Shown one piece after another: positions 41,455 through 51,920 of a stretch of 64,000 bases of DNA (position 1 is the first letter of the stretch; each line of letters opens with the position of its first letter). The notes under the pieces were generated by a model. It was given only the letters and a program-made list of their open reading frames with translations, searched no databases and was not told the DNA's origin. Source of the DNA: an uncultured delta proteobacterium (GTDB lineage Bacteria; Desulfobacterota; Syntrophia; Syntrophales; Smithellaceae). Position numbers and translations under genes: made by a program. Location: positions 288,001 to 352,000 of the forward strand of contig CAVWEH010000004.1 of NCBI GenBank assembly GCA_963753975.1, read 5' to 3'.

Positions 41455-42360
41455 TTATGATTTTCTTTCTTTTATGTAGAGCGCAATGACACGCAGAGGC
41501 CGCGCCCGTTCGTCAAATTTCGAGAGGCTCTCCACCGCGGCATCTATACACTTAGTTAATTTTTCTTTGGCAGCATCTACACCCATTAAAGATGGATAGG
41601 TAAGTTTGCCCTGGACTGCGTCGCTGCCTGTTTCTTTACCCATCAACTCACGATTTCCTTCCACATTTAAAATGTCATCCGCTATCTGGAAAGCTAATCC
41701 TATATTTATTCCATATTGGGTGAGCGCTTGAATCTTATCTTTTCGGGTATTGGAGATGATAGCGCCGGACTTTACCGCGGCGACAATCAATGATCCGGTC
41801 TTTCGCCGGTGAATTTCATTAAGAATATCTTCCGTAGGCATGGATTTTTCGGACAGCACATCAAGAGCTTGACCGCCGACCATACCGGAAATCCCGGCGG
41901 CCCGGGCAATTTCGCCAATTACGGCTAGACGCCTTTCGGCAGGCAGCCGTACTTTTTCTGCACGGGACAAAAGAGCAAATGCTTCGGTGAGGAGAGCGTC
42001 GCCGGCTAAGATCGCCATTGCTTCTCCAAAAACTTTATGATTGGTCGGCTGGCCGCGCCGGAAATCATCGTTATCCATGGCCGGCAGATCGTCATGAATA
42101 AGAGAATAGGTATGAATGAGTTCCAAAGCACAGGCAACCGGCATAGCGGGCGCCAAATTGCCGCCGACCGCTTCCACTGCCGCCAGACAAAGAATCGGCC
42201 GAATCCTCTTGCCCCCGGAAAAAACACTATAGCATACTGCTTTATATACCTGGGCCGGAATATCACTCCGGGGTGCCAAATAGCGCTGCAGTGCCTCTTC
42301 TATAATGTTTCTTCTGTCTCGCAGATAAGCTTTTAGAAATATATTATCATCTTCAATCAC
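41455..42360 (-). CDS. ispA: Farnesyl/geranyl diphosphate synthase
   Basis: GGKRIRP, LIHDDLPAMDNDDFRRG, GQALD, FQIADD. Confidence 0.93.
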   Translation of the reverse strand: MIEDDNIFLKAYLRDRRNIIEEALQRYLAPRSDIPAQVYKAVCYSVFSGGKRIRPILCLAAVEAVGGNLAPAMPVACALELIHTYSLIHDDLPAMDNDDFRRGQPTNHKVFGEAMAILAGDALLTEAFALLSRAEKVRLPAERRLAVIGEIARAAGISGMVGGQALDVLSEKSMPTEDILNEIHRRKTGSLIVAAVKSGAIISNTRKDKIQALTQYGINIGLAFQIADDILNVEGNRELMGKETGSDAVQGKLTYPSLMGVDAAKEKLTKCIDAAVESLSKFDERARPLRVIALYIKERKS

Positions 42361-42583
42361 TGTCTTCTTCCTGAAATCGTTTTAACTGCAGGGAATCGTC
42401 TTTTGCCAAAAGCATTTCCACCCGCCTTTGTGTCTCTTCGAGTTTGGCCGAACAGAGACGAATTAGTTTTATCCCTTCTTCAAAAGACTTCATAGCCTCA
42501 TCGAGCGTTATCCCGCCTGCCTCCATCTTTTTCACTATATCTTCCAGCTTATCCAAAGCATCTTCAAATTTTTCTTTTGCCAT
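42353..42583 (-). CDS. xseB: Exodeoxyribonuclease VII small subunit
   Basis: FEDALDKLEDIV...SFEEGIKL; xseA-xseB-ispA-dxs context. Confidence 0.93.
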   Translation of the reverse strand: MAKEKFEDALDKLEDIVKKMEAGGITLDEAMKSFEEGIKLIRLCSAKLEETQRRVEMLLAKDDSLQLKRFQEEDSD

Positions 42584-42590
42584 AAATTCA

Positions 42591-42702
42591 CCCCGTTAGA
42601 GAAAGCCCCCCAACTCCCGTTGGGGGGTGTTAAAGTCTTGTAACCAAGATAGCCATTTAATGCGTCATCTGAAATCGCCAAGCTCTCGCTAGTCTAACGG
42701 GG
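42591..42702. mobile_element. MITE-like element with CCCCGTTAGA/TCTAACGGGG terminal inverted repeats
   Basis: Perfect 10-bp IRs bracket the whole xseA-xseB gap; internal CCCCCAAC...GTTGGGGG hairpin. Confidence 0.65.
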
Positions 42703-42703
42703 C

Positions 42704-44047
42704 TTACTCCCCCGATATTTTCTGTACTCTGGCGCGGACATTGCCGCTCGCCAATTGTATGTTAATATTCTCCCCAATGCTCAGTGCCTCCGCTTGCCGG
42801 ATAATCATTCCGTTAGCCAGGCTGCGCGTAATACTGTAACCCCGCTGCAAAACTCTTAAAGGGCTTAAGGATTCCAGGACAGCCGAGTTTTTCAGAAGGC
42901 TCTCTTTAAGCGCGCGTAAACGGCTGAAAAAATGATTATATATATCTTTTTGAATATTTTTTAATAATATCTTCCCCCCGTCGATCTGCTTTGCTGGACT
43001 TTGATGAAGGAAACGCAATTCCAGCTGTCGGAGATCATTATATAGGCCCTTTTTTTCACGGCGAAAAGCCGCGCCAATCCGTTCCTTCAATTCATCCAAA
43101 TGAATCTGCAAATCGATTAGAAGGCGCCGCGGATCTTTAAACCTTTCGCGTAATCCGGAGAGTTCATTTTGCTTGTCTGCAAGATAACGGCAATAGCCGG
43201 CAAACAACCTCTGTTTAAGGTTATTAAGGTTCGCTAACAATTCCGCTCGTTCCGGCAGAACAAGTTCTGCCGCTGCCGAAGGAGTTGGTGCGCGCAAGTC
43301 CGCCACGAAATCGCAAATAGTAAAATCCGTTTCATGGCCTACTGCCGATACTACGGGAATCAATGAACCGAAAATTTCACGGGCCAAAGCCTCGTCATTA
43401 AAGGGTGCCATATCCTCCAGGGACCCGCCCCCACGGGCAATAATGATCACCTCAACATCACCGTAAGCGTGGAAATTACGCAAAGCTTGAATTATTTCGG
43501 CTGCCGCTTCAGAACCTTGCACCCTCACTGGCGCGACTAATATATTCACAGAAGGGAAACGCCTCTTAGTTATATTTAGAATATCTTTGATTACGGCGCC
43601 GGTGGGAGATGTTATTATCCCGATTTTTTCGGGGAAAGCGGGGATGTTCTTTTTATATTGCTCATCGAATAGCCCTTCCGCCGCCAGCTTGGATTTGAGT
43701 TGCTCAAATAATTTTTGCAGGGCACCTATGCCTCTTGGCTCTATAGATTCTACAATAAGTTGATATTCGCCGCGCGGCGGATAAACACTCAACCTGGCGC
43801 GGCACAACACTCTTAAGCCTTCTTCCAACTCAAAACCAATTCCTTTTTTGAACCTACCGAATTGACGGAAGTATACCGCCCGAATTTGACTCTTTTCATC
43901 TTTCAGCGTAAAGTAAACATGTCCGGATTGAGGTCGGCGTAAGTTGGACACCTCTCCTTCCACCCAAATGAAGCCGAATGTTTCCTCCAGAAGGAATTTA
44001 ATATTATCATTCAGTTGTGAAACTGTAATTATTTCTTTCATCAGCAT
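42704..44047 (-). CDS. xseA: Exodeoxyribonuclease VII large subunit
   Basis: WVEGEVSN, SGHVYFTLKD, RGGGSLED, SAVGHETD, APTPSAAAE; start set at ATG 44047. Confidence 0.95.
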   Translation of the reverse strand: MLMKEIITVSQLNDNIKFLLEETFGFIWVEGEVSNLRRPQSGHVYFTLKDEKSQIRAVYFRQFGRFKKGIGFELEEGLRVLCRARLSVYPPRGEYQLIVESIEPRGIGALQKLFEQLKSKLAAEGLFDEQYKKNIPAFPEKIGIITSPTGAVIKDILNITKRRFPSVNILVAPVRVQGSEAAAEIIQALRNFHAYGDVEVIIIARGGGSLEDMAPFNDEALAREIFGSLIPVVSAVGHETDFTICDFVADLRAPTPSAAAELVLPERAELLANLNNLKQRLFAGYCRYLADKQNELSGLRERFKDPRRLLIDLQIHLDELKERIGAAFRREKKGLYNDLRQLELRFLHQSPAKQIDGGKILLKNIQKDIYNHFFSRLRALKESLLKNSAVLESLSPLRVLQRGYSITRSLANGMIIRQAEALSIGENINIQLASGNVRARVQKISGE

Positions 44048-44347
44048 AATCCCGCGTTGTGGACTACCAGATATTGCAGTGTAAAACAAGATTGAAATTA
44101 AGACTAAGAAGCCTTCATTATGCCTGCCTTCGTTGGTTGAAGTTGTCCGCCTCGTCAAAGTTAAGGAGTATGATACAGGCCCGTCTTCTTGCCAGGTTAT
44201 TTTATTTTTGTTGAGGCTGAACAGTGACAGCAATTTAAATTATGCTGCCGGTGGTTATCTGATAGAGATTAACTACTATAGATTGACTTTTACCCGCCTA
44301 TGTTTTAAATAAGCGCTGTATGGAATATCTGAGGGAGTAATCATTTA

Positions 44348-45373
44348 ATGAAGAAGAATGATTTATTAAGTCAGAAAGTGGAACATATCGACATTAAGTC
44401 TATCAACTCAGTGGATATTATCCAAGCCATGAAAAAGATGTCTTTTTCTGCTCGTGATTTAGCGAAAGCTGCGGATATTTACGACCGGATGCTCAAAGAA
44501 AAAAACTGTGTAATTATCTTAACACTGGCAGGTTCTACTTCGGCTGCGGGGTGCATGCAAGTTTACGTTGATTTGGTGAAAAATAACATGGTGGATGTCA
44601 TAGTGGCAACCGGCGCTTCGATTGTCGATATGGATTTTTTTGAAGCTTTAGGATTCAAGCATTATCGGGGTACACCCTTTGTTGATGATAAATTGTTGCG
44701 TAAATTTTACATCGACCGGATATACGATACCTTCATAGATGAAGAACAACTCCAGGTTTGTGATCGCACGATTAAGAAAATAGCAGATGCTCTTCCCCCA
44801 CGTTCTTATTCATCGCGTGAATTTATAGGTGAAATGGGCAAATATTTACAGAAGCACGCCAAAAAGAAGGCCTCTTTGGTCCAGACAGCTTACGAGCATG
44901 ATGTTCCGATTTTTTGTCCAGCTTTTTCCGATAGCTCGGCCGGTTTTGGCCTTGTGCTCCATCAGCATAAACGCCCGGAGAATCACATTTCCATAGACTC
45001 TGTGAAAGATTTCCGGGAATTAACGATGATTAAAATCAAAGCTGGTACCAGCGGCTTATTGATAATTGGCGGCGGTGCTCCCAAAAATTTTGCCCAGGAT
45101 ACGGTTGTGTGTGCGGAAATATTGGGCAAGCAAGTGCCGATGCATAAATACGCTGTTCAAATAACCGTGGCTGACGTTCGTGACGGCGCCTGCTCCAGTT
45201 CCACGCTCAAGGAAGCAAATTCCTGGGGCAAGGTAGATTCATCTTGCGAGCAAATGGTTTACGCTGAAGCCACCACAGTACTGCCTTTGTTGGCGAGCTA
45301 TGCTTACCACAAAGCAAGCTGGAAGAAGCGCAAAAGATGGCAATTAGCCGGAATTTTTAACGATAAAAAATAA
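44348..45373 (+). CDS. Deoxyhypusine synthase-like protein
   Basis: PAFSDSSAG, IGGGAPKNF, DGACSSSTLKEANSWGK. Confidence 0.88.
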   Translation: MKKNDLLSQKVEHIDIKSINSVDIIQAMKKMSFSARDLAKAADIYDRMLKEKNCVIILTLAGSTSAAGCMQVYVDLVKNNMVDVIVATGASIVDMDFFEALGFKHYRGTPFVDDKLLRKFYIDRIYDTFIDEEQLQVCDRTIKKIADALPPRSYSSREFIGEMGKYLQKHAKKKASLVQTAYEHDVPIFCPAFSDSSAGFGLVLHQHKRPENHISIDSVKDFRELTMIKIKAGTSGLLIIGGGAPKNFAQDTVVCAEILGKQVPMHKYAVQITVADVRDGACSSSTLKEANSWGKVDSSCEQMVYAEATTVLPLLASYAYHKASWKKRKRWQLAGIFNDKK

Positions 45374-45380
45374 GGGTTTT

Positions 45381-45456
45381 TGGTGGAGATGAGGGGGATC
45401 GAACCCCTGGCCTCGGCGTTGCGAACGCCGCGCTCTCCCAGCTGAGCTACATCCCC
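45381..45456 (-). tRNA. tRNA-Ala(CGC)
   Basis: GGGGATG...CATCTCCACCA with G3:U70; CGGCG-TTCGCAA-CGCCG. Confidence 0.96.
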
Positions 45457-45695
45457 AACCTTTTAGCATTTTCTAGAAAAAACGCGGCCGAGCATATATT
45501 ATTGCCTGTCTTAGTGTCAAGAAATTGTTGATTTGATTCTGGACTTGACAAAATCATTGAGTTTTTTCTATACTAAAGAAAGGTTATTTATAGTAGAATA
45601 TCCCTATTGATAATGTCATGGCCATTAAATTGTTGGATTTTTTCCGGCAAAGAAAAAGATAGAAAAATTATTAATTAACCCAAGGAGAAAAATAA

Positions 45696-46778
45696 ATGGC
45701 AAAAATTGATGCCTTTTTCCAGTTGATGCATGACCAGGGCGCTTCCGACCTTCATCTTGTTTCCGGGCAACAACCTGCCATTAGAATCCGCGGTGAAATT
45801 GAACGAATAAAATACGAAACGCTCACTAATGAAACCTTAAAAGTTCTTCTTTACGAAATCACGCCGGAACATAAAATTAAACAGTTTGAAGAAACCGGCG
45901 ATGTTGATTTTGCCTATGAAATCCCTTCGATCGCACGTTATCGCGCCAATTATTTCCAGCAAAAATACGGGATGGGCGCAGTTTTCCGGGAAATTCCCAA
46001 CAAAATCGCGAATTGTGTAGAACTTGGTCTTCCTTCGGTGATGGCAAAATTAGCCACTCTCCCGCGCGGCCTTATTCTGGTCACCGGCCCCACGGGTTGC
46101 GGCAAATCCACTACTCTGGCCGCGCTTATTGATGAAGCTAACCGTTTACGTAAAGACCATATTATTACGATTGAAGACCCGATTGAATTTGTTCATCAAA
46201 GCCAGGGCTGTATAATTAACCAACGTGAAGTGGGAATCCACACTAAAAGTTTCGCTGCAGCATTGCGCGGAGCACTGCGCGAAGATCCCGACATTATTTT
46301 GGTTGGTGAAATGCGTGATCTGGAAACCATTTCACTGGCTATAGAAGCCGCCTCCACCGGCCATCTTGTTTTTTCCACAGTACACACCACCAGTGCGGCA
46401 AAAACGGTCGACAGAGTAATTGAAGTTTTCCCTGCTTCCGAACAATTGCAAATCCGTTCTACGCTGGCCGATGGTTTGCGCGCGGTCGTTTCGCAAATTT
46501 TGTTCAAAAGAATCGACATCAAATCCCGCTGTGTCGCTTTGGAAATTTTAATCGCCACCTCGGCAGTCCGCAATTTAATCCGTGAATCCAAAACCTATCA
46601 AATTCCCTCTATGATGCAGACAGGCAAGAAATACGGGATGCAGCTCATGGACGACGGGATTATGGATCTTTATACCCGCGGCTGGATCAGCAGCGATGAT
46701 GCTTACACTAAAGCGAACGACAAAACCAGATTCCGACCGTTATTGAAATATCCGCCTACAGACTTTACCGAAGCATAA
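45696..46778 (+). CDS. pilT: Type IV pilus retraction ATPase PilT
   Basis: ASDLHL, GPTGCGKSTT, EDPIE, LREDPD, AVRNLIRE. Confidence 0.92.
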   Translation: MAKIDAFFQLMHDQGASDLHLVSGQQPAIRIRGEIERIKYETLTNETLKVLLYEITPEHKIKQFEETGDVDFAYEIPSIARYRANYFQQKYGMGAVFREIPNKIANCVELGLPSVMAKLATLPRGLILVTGPTGCGKSTTLAALIDEANRLRKDHIITIEDPIEFVHQSQGCIINQREVGIHTKSFAAALRGALREDPDIILVGEMRDLETISLAIEAASTGHLVFSTVHTTSAAKTVDRVIEVFPASEQLQIRSTLADGLRAVVSQILFKRIDIKSRCVALEILIATSAVRNLIRESKTYQIPSMMQTGKKYGMQLMDDGIMDLYTRGWISSDDAYTKANDKTRFRPLLKYPPTDFTEA

Positions 46779-46801
46779 ATTATTGTACGAGAGGATAGCT
46801 T

Positions 46802-47986
46802 ATGAGGAAACCGGAAATAGACCATATTCTGACAAGGATGCTGGAATCCAATGCTAACATTTCCGATGTCGTCTTGACCGTGGATAAACCTTTTCAAGTC
46901 GAAGCGGCAGGCCGTTTGGTGGGCGTAGATTTAGAGCCTCCCTTTGAAAGACTGACCCCGTTTCAAACAGAAATTTTCGCTCTCAACCTGATTAACCAGG
47001 ATCAGCGTCTGCTTGAAATGCTGATTAGAGAAGGTTCCTGCGATTTGTCTTATGAATTGCCGGGAATCGCCCGTTTCCGTGTAAATATATTTTCACAACT
47101 CGGCCACTATTCTATCGTTTTAAGAAAACTCGAAACAAAAATTCCTTCTTGCGCCGACCTCGGATTACCCGACGCCTATTATCGCATTGCCGCTGAAAAA
47201 AACGGAATTGTTCTGATAACGGGCGCAACGGGTACCGGCAAAACAACATCGCTTGCCGCCGTCATCAATGAAATCAACGAACATAATTCGGTGCATATAA
47301 TAACGTTGGAAGACCCCGTAGAATATACGCACTCGCAAAAAGAGGCCACTATTAACCAGCGTGAGCTAGGCAAAGATTTCGATACTTTTGCCAATGGCTT
47401 GCGCGCTGCTCTGCGACAGGCTCCCAAGGTAATCCTTGTCGGCGAAATGCGCGACCGCGAATCCATAGAAATCGCCTTGAATGCCGCGGAAACCGGTCAT
47501 CTTGTCTTGAGCACTTTGCATACAATTGATGCCGGCCAAACAGTTAACCGTATTCTGGGCATGTTCTCCATAGAAGAAGAAAATCAAATACGCACGCGTC
47601 TGGCCGACTCGTTGCGCTGGATCGTCTGCCAACGTTTGATGCCCAAAATAGGCGGCGGGCGCGTTGCCGCCTTTGAGGCACTGGGCACCAGCCTGCGCGT
47701 CAGAGACATCATTCTGCACGGTGAATCAGAAGGTAAAACTTTTTTTGATATAATCCAACAAGGAAAAGCCTTTGGCATGATTACTTTTGATAATTGCATT
47801 GTCGACCTTTATGAAAAAGATTTAATTACCGAAGATACGGCCAGAGCTTATGCCTCGAACAAATCCAATGTAGGTCGAGGAATTGATGTGATAAAAAGTA
47901 CCCGCGGTGAAAAAACAACCGATTTGGACAAGCTGGAAGTCGATCTCTTATACGGCAAGATAAAAACCGATCCGTGGAAAGCATAA
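46802..47986 (+). CDS. PilT/PilU family ATPase
   Basis: GATGTGKTT, EDPVE, LRQAPKVILVGEMRD, TLHT. Confidence 0.9.
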   Translation: MRKPEIDHILTRMLESNANISDVVLTVDKPFQVEAAGRLVGVDLEPPFERLTPFQTEIFALNLINQDQRLLEMLIREGSCDLSYELPGIARFRVNIFSQLGHYSIVLRKLETKIPSCADLGLPDAYYRIAAEKNGIVLITGATGTGKTTSLAAVINEINEHNSVHIITLEDPVEYTHSQKEATINQRELGKDFDTFANGLRAALRQAPKVILVGEMRDRESIEIALNAAETGHLVLSTLHTIDAGQTVNRILGMFSIEEENQIRTRLADSLRWIVCQRLMPKIGGGRVAAFEALGTSLRVRDIILHGESEGKTFFDIIQQGKAFGMITFDNCIVDLYEKDLITEDTARAYASNKSNVGRGIDVIKSTRGEKTTDLDKLEVDLLYGKIKTDPWKA

Positions 47987-48034
47987 TAAGCAAAATTTAG
48001 CTACGCCCCAACGAATTACAGCAAGGAGATTAAG

Positions 48035-48550
48035 ATGAGTGAAGAAAGATCTACATTGGGTGCAACCGGGTCAGGAGGAATAGATTATTCCGGAAGGCCT
48101 TTCGGTTATCTTAACCCAGATAGTGAAACAGCCATGATTTGTGAACAGGATCCCGCAATAAGAGAGGAGATCAATAAAGCCCTCAAAACACTCAAAATAG
48201 ATGTAGTTGAACCGACGACATTTAAAGAAGCCCTGAGATATTTACGTTTTCATATCTTTGATGTAATTGTCGTTGACGAAAATTTCGACACCGGTGTTGG
48301 GGAAGTCAATTATGTTCTCAATTATATAGAAAACTTAATTATGCCTGTCCGTCGGCAGACTTTTGCAGTTCTAATCAGTGAAACTTATCCGACTATGGAT
48401 AACATGCGTGCCTACAATAAAAGTGTTAACTTAATTATCAATAAAAAAGAAATTGCGGAAGCAGCCCCGATTCTAAAAAAAGAAATTGCGGATAATTCGG
48501 ATTTTTATTACGTATTTAAGGAAAATATTAATAAGTTTGGGAAAATTTAA
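48035..48550 (+). CDS. Hypothetical protein with receiver-like fold
   Basis: AAGGAG RBS; ICEQD...FDVIVVDE resembles a degenerate REC domain. Confidence 0.6.
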   Translation: MSEERSTLGATGSGGIDYSGRPFGYLNPDSETAMICEQDPAIREEINKALKTLKIDVVEPTTFKEALRYLRFHIFDVIVVDENFDTGVGEVNYVLNYIENLIMPVRRQTFAVLISETYPTMDNMRAYNKSVNLIINKKEIAEAAPILKKEIADNSDFYYVFKENINKFGKI

Positions 48551-48552
48551 CC

Positions 48553-49501
48553 TTATCCGATTTCTTTTACTTCGCGCATAATTTTATCTGCCCGGTCTTT
48601 AAGACCCATCGCCCTGTAGGCAGAAACCAAACCAAAATAGTAAGGCTTGATGTTTTCGTATTTAATTGCTTTCTCAAAGGCTGCCGCGGCCTGAGAAAAA
48701 TATTTTGCCTTCAGCAGCATATTGCCTAAACGATTGCAATATGCTCCGGCACTGTTACGGCCGCCGTATTTTACAGCCTTATCATAAGCCTTCAGAGCCT
48801 TGTCAATTTGTCCCTAGACCAATAAGACTGTCTCCTAACGAACAGTAATAGAGCGGATTTTCCGGACTTAAAGCAATACATTTATCAATTAATCTTCCAG
48901 CCTCCTTATGATTATCCGCCTGCTGAAACAAAGCAGTTAACTTAAAGCAGTAATTGGCAGCTTGTTCCGGATCAATTTTACCGGCGTGTATATAGGCTTC
49001 TTCGCTTTCTGAAAATAAGCCTGCGGCAAATAACGCTTCTCCCCAAAGGCAATAAAAAGCGGGATTATCGTCTTCCATTTTGATGATTTTTTCATATATA
49101 CTGCAGGCCTCTTCAGCTTTGCCCAGCTGAAGATAGGAGTTGCCCAATTCTGCTAATAGTCCGACATCTTCCGGTTGAGCGGTAATTGCTTTTTCGCAAA
49201 TTTCCACTAATTCGTCGAATCTTTTTTCCTGTTTATAAATACGCACAAGTTCATCAAAAGCAAAGCCCGTAAAAATTTTCCTCTGCAGTTCTCTTTCCAA
49301 CAGCATATTTAAACATTCTATAGCTTTTGGGGCAGCTCCGCTATCATAATAAGCCCAGGCTAACATCAATAAAACGGATTCTTCTTCCGGATGCGTTTTG
49401 TTAATTTCTTCAAATATTTTAATCGCTTTCTGACATTGGCCTTGCCGTAAAAGCTTTTGCGCATTTTCAATTTTATTCAGTTTCTTATCTTTTTCGGCCA
49501 T
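48553..49501 (-). CDS. TPR protein with one apparent frameshift near 48813
   Basis: TPR pattern continues (GQIDKALKAYDKAV...AFEKAIKYE) in the adjacent frame to TAA at 48553. Confidence 0.8.
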
Positions 49502-49516
49502 ACTTTTCAAAAAAAT

Positions 49517-49545
49517 AAAAAGAGGGGGAGAAAAATCCCCCCCTC
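49517..49545 (-). terminator. Rho-independent terminator after HesB-like gene
   Basis: GAGGGGGGA...TCTCCCCCTC followed by T-tract on minus strand. Confidence 0.7.
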
Positions 49546-49549
49546 GCTG

Positions 49550-49867
49550 CTAGCAACTGCAAGTCGAGCCGCAACCTCCGCTATCGGCAGGAGCGAGGCT
49601 GGAAGTTAATTTAAACCCCGACCCTTGCGGCGTACTCACAAAATCGACATTGATCGGTTTTGCTTGATTATAAATATCCTTATCAATAATATACTTTGTG
49701 CCTTTTTCTTCAAACACTTCGTCTTCTTTCTTCGGCTCATCCAGAGCCATGCCCAAAGAGGGACCGGATCAGCCAAAAGACAAAGTTATTCGAACAGCGG
49801 AATCTGTATTCTTATCTTTGAGAAAATCTTTGATTACCTCCGCTGCTTTATCCGTTACTGTAAACAT
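49550..49867 (-). CDS. IscA/HesB-like selenoprotein candidate (GUSGP)
   Basis: AGGAGG RBS; MFTVTDKAAEVIK...TLSFG-TGA(49769-49771)-SGPSLGMALDE...CGSTCSC; SECIS-like GGCTC-TGGAT-GAGCC. Confidence 0.9.
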
Positions 49868-50145
49868 CACATATCCTCCTTACCGTGATGGATATTTTTC
49901 CATCGACATTTTAGATAACTTAGCCATATTTGATGAGTTGTCAATTACATTTTTCCTAAACCTTTAAAATACAGTGTCTTTCCCTGTATTCGAACCATGA
50001 AGCTTGTTTCCATTGACATTAAATGTCGATCTCGCTTATTATTCCCCATACAGCAATCGATAATATAACCAGGTATTTATACGAAGGAATTATTAAACAC
50101 TATTTCGCCGAGAAAAAATTACAGCACCAAGGTTAAAATAATCTC

Positions 50146-50982
50146 ATGCCGCTTTTCGCTTTTCTATTAGTTCTTCTGGCAGCTACTTTTCATGCTCTGT
50201 GGAATTTTGCCGCAAAAAAAGCATCCGGTAATCTTAGCGTTATTTGGATTGGTTTAGTGCTGGCGACAATCGCTATTATTCCTTTTCTTGTTTTTCTTTC
50301 ACCCGAACGAATATTCGTAACAAAAGCATGGCCGTTCGTTCTGGCGACGGGAATAATTCACGCTGTTTATTTTTTCGCCGTTGCCAAAGCATACGAGCAT
50401 GGGGATATTTCTGTCGTCTATCCCATTGCCAGAGGAAGCGGCATAGCCGGTACAGCTATAATAGCATGTTTATTACTTCAGGAAAAAATATCAGCTGCCG
50501 GGTCAGCGGGCATTTTATTAATCAGCCTCGGCACACTTTTGCTTGGGCTTACTAATATTCAGCAAAAACGCGGCATATTCTTTTCTTTATTAGTTGCCAT
50601 AATGATCATCGGCTACTCGATTGTCGACAAACTGGGGGTCGGCATTATCCATCCCTTAGGTTACATATTCGGACTGGTATTATTGACAACAATTTTTTTG
50701 GCGCCTTATATACTGATAAATAGACGGCAAGAATTATTATCGGCCACGAAGAACATGAAAAAATATTCCTTGACCATCGGGCTCGGCTCCGGAGGGACTT
50801 ATCTGATCATCCTCTTCGTCTTTCAAATTGCGCAGGTCAGCTACGTTGTAGCGGCCAGAGAACTGGCGGTAGCTTTCGGCGCTCTATTAGGCTTTATCTT
50901 TCTTCAAGAAAAATTTTCGGTCCAAAAACTGCTGGGGATTATGGGAATTGTAATCGGCATGATTCTCATCAAAATAGCATAA
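50146..50982 (+). CDS. EamA/DMT family transporter
   Basis: AATFHALWNF, AYEHGDISVVYPIARG; about 10 TM. Confidence 0.88.
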   Translation: MPLFAFLLVLLAATFHALWNFAAKKASGNLSVIWIGLVLATIAIIPFLVFLSPERIFVTKAWPFVLATGIIHAVYFFAVAKAYEHGDISVVYPIARGSGIAGTAIIACLLLQEKISAAGSAGILLISLGTLLLGLTNIQQKRGIFFSLLVAIMIIGYSIVDKLGVGIIHPLGYIFGLVLLTTIFLAPYILINRRQELLSATKNMKKYSLTIGLGSGGTYLIILFVFQIAQVSYVVAARELAVAFGALLGFIFLQEKFSVQKLLGIMGIVIGMILIKIA

Positions 50983-50999
50983 GTTACTATCTTTTCTAA

Positions 51000-51578
51000 T
51001 TACGCCCTTGAGGGCTTAACTAGAAATCGCCATAGAGCCCTTCTATCTTTATCTTTCGCGTAATTGATGCCGATTCTGGGAGTAGCTAAAATTGATTTTG
51101 CCGGAATTTTTTTATAATTTTCGATCCACAATTGACTGCCCAATGTCAAATCCCAGCCATTTAAAGATTTGTCAATATTTAATGCCTGACATATTTTTGC
51201 CGGTCCGTTGGTGAGCTCGGAACCCTTTTGTTTCCGACGGGCTTCCATTTCTTTTACTCCTGTGACAGGCATTATAGCGCGCACAAGTACAGCGCAAGGA
51301 TTACCTTCAGCTTCAGTCACCAGGTTGAGCATATAGTGCATTCCATAAGTAAAATACACATAGGCATGACCGGGTTTACCGAACATAACGGCATTGCGTG
51401 GTGTTTTACCCCGGTGGGCATGACAGGCACTGTCCGCCTCTCCGCAGTAAGCTTCGGTTTCCACGATCATTCCGGAAAGCTCAAGACCATTTATTTTTCG
51501 CACCAGTTTAGTTCCTAAAAGCGCCTTCGCTACTTTAAGCGTACCTCGCTCATAAAATTTTCTATTCAATATACACAT
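51000..51578 (-). CDS. mpg: 3-methyladenine DNA glycosylase (MPG/AAG)
   Basis: IVETEAY, AYVYFTYGMH, LTNGPAK, TPRIGI. Confidence 0.93.
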   Translation of the reverse strand: MCILNRKFYERGTLKVAKALLGTKLVRKINGLELSGMIVETEAYCGEADSACHAHRGKTPRNAVMFGKPGHAYVYFTYGMHYMLNLVTEAEGNPCAVLVRAIMPVTGVKEMEARRKQKGSELTNGPAKICQALNIDKSLNGWDLTLGSQLWIENYKKIPAKSILATPRIGINYAKDKDRRALWRFLVKPSRA

Positions 51579-51624
51579 GATTAGTTAAATGATCGCAAAT
51601 ATTTTCTTGATTATAAAGGTTGAG

Positions 51625-51850
51625 TCACGGGTATTATACCCCCTCCGCTTAGCGGGATCAATTCAACTGACGCTTCAAACTTCGTTTCATTCGTTTTTAG
51701 CGAGTTTCATTGATTCGACCTGCAAGCTTCAGTCGTAGATGACCTTCAGGTTATGCACTCTGTTTCCGAAACTTGGGTCTCATTACAACTTACCAATTCC
51801 GACTTGTGACCTTTAGGTCATACGCTTTGCTTTCGGAATTGGAGGTTCAC
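51625..51850 (+). repeat. Modular hairpin repeat, locus D (head-H1b-H2-H3, two micro-inserts)
   Basis: H1b matches tandem-array unit; H2/H3 match locus A plus inserts at 51733-51753 and 51803-51820. Confidence 0.92.
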
Positions 51851-51920
51851 AAATAAAATTAATTTTAAAGCCGCGGCCTTAAACAAAAAGACCGCGGCCT
51901 CAAGTTTTTAACTGGTAATC

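Noticed and set aside
44048..44233. N-terminal extension of XseA or ncRNA in the leader
   Set aside because: Extension has no XseA similarity, and I could not recognise an RNA motif
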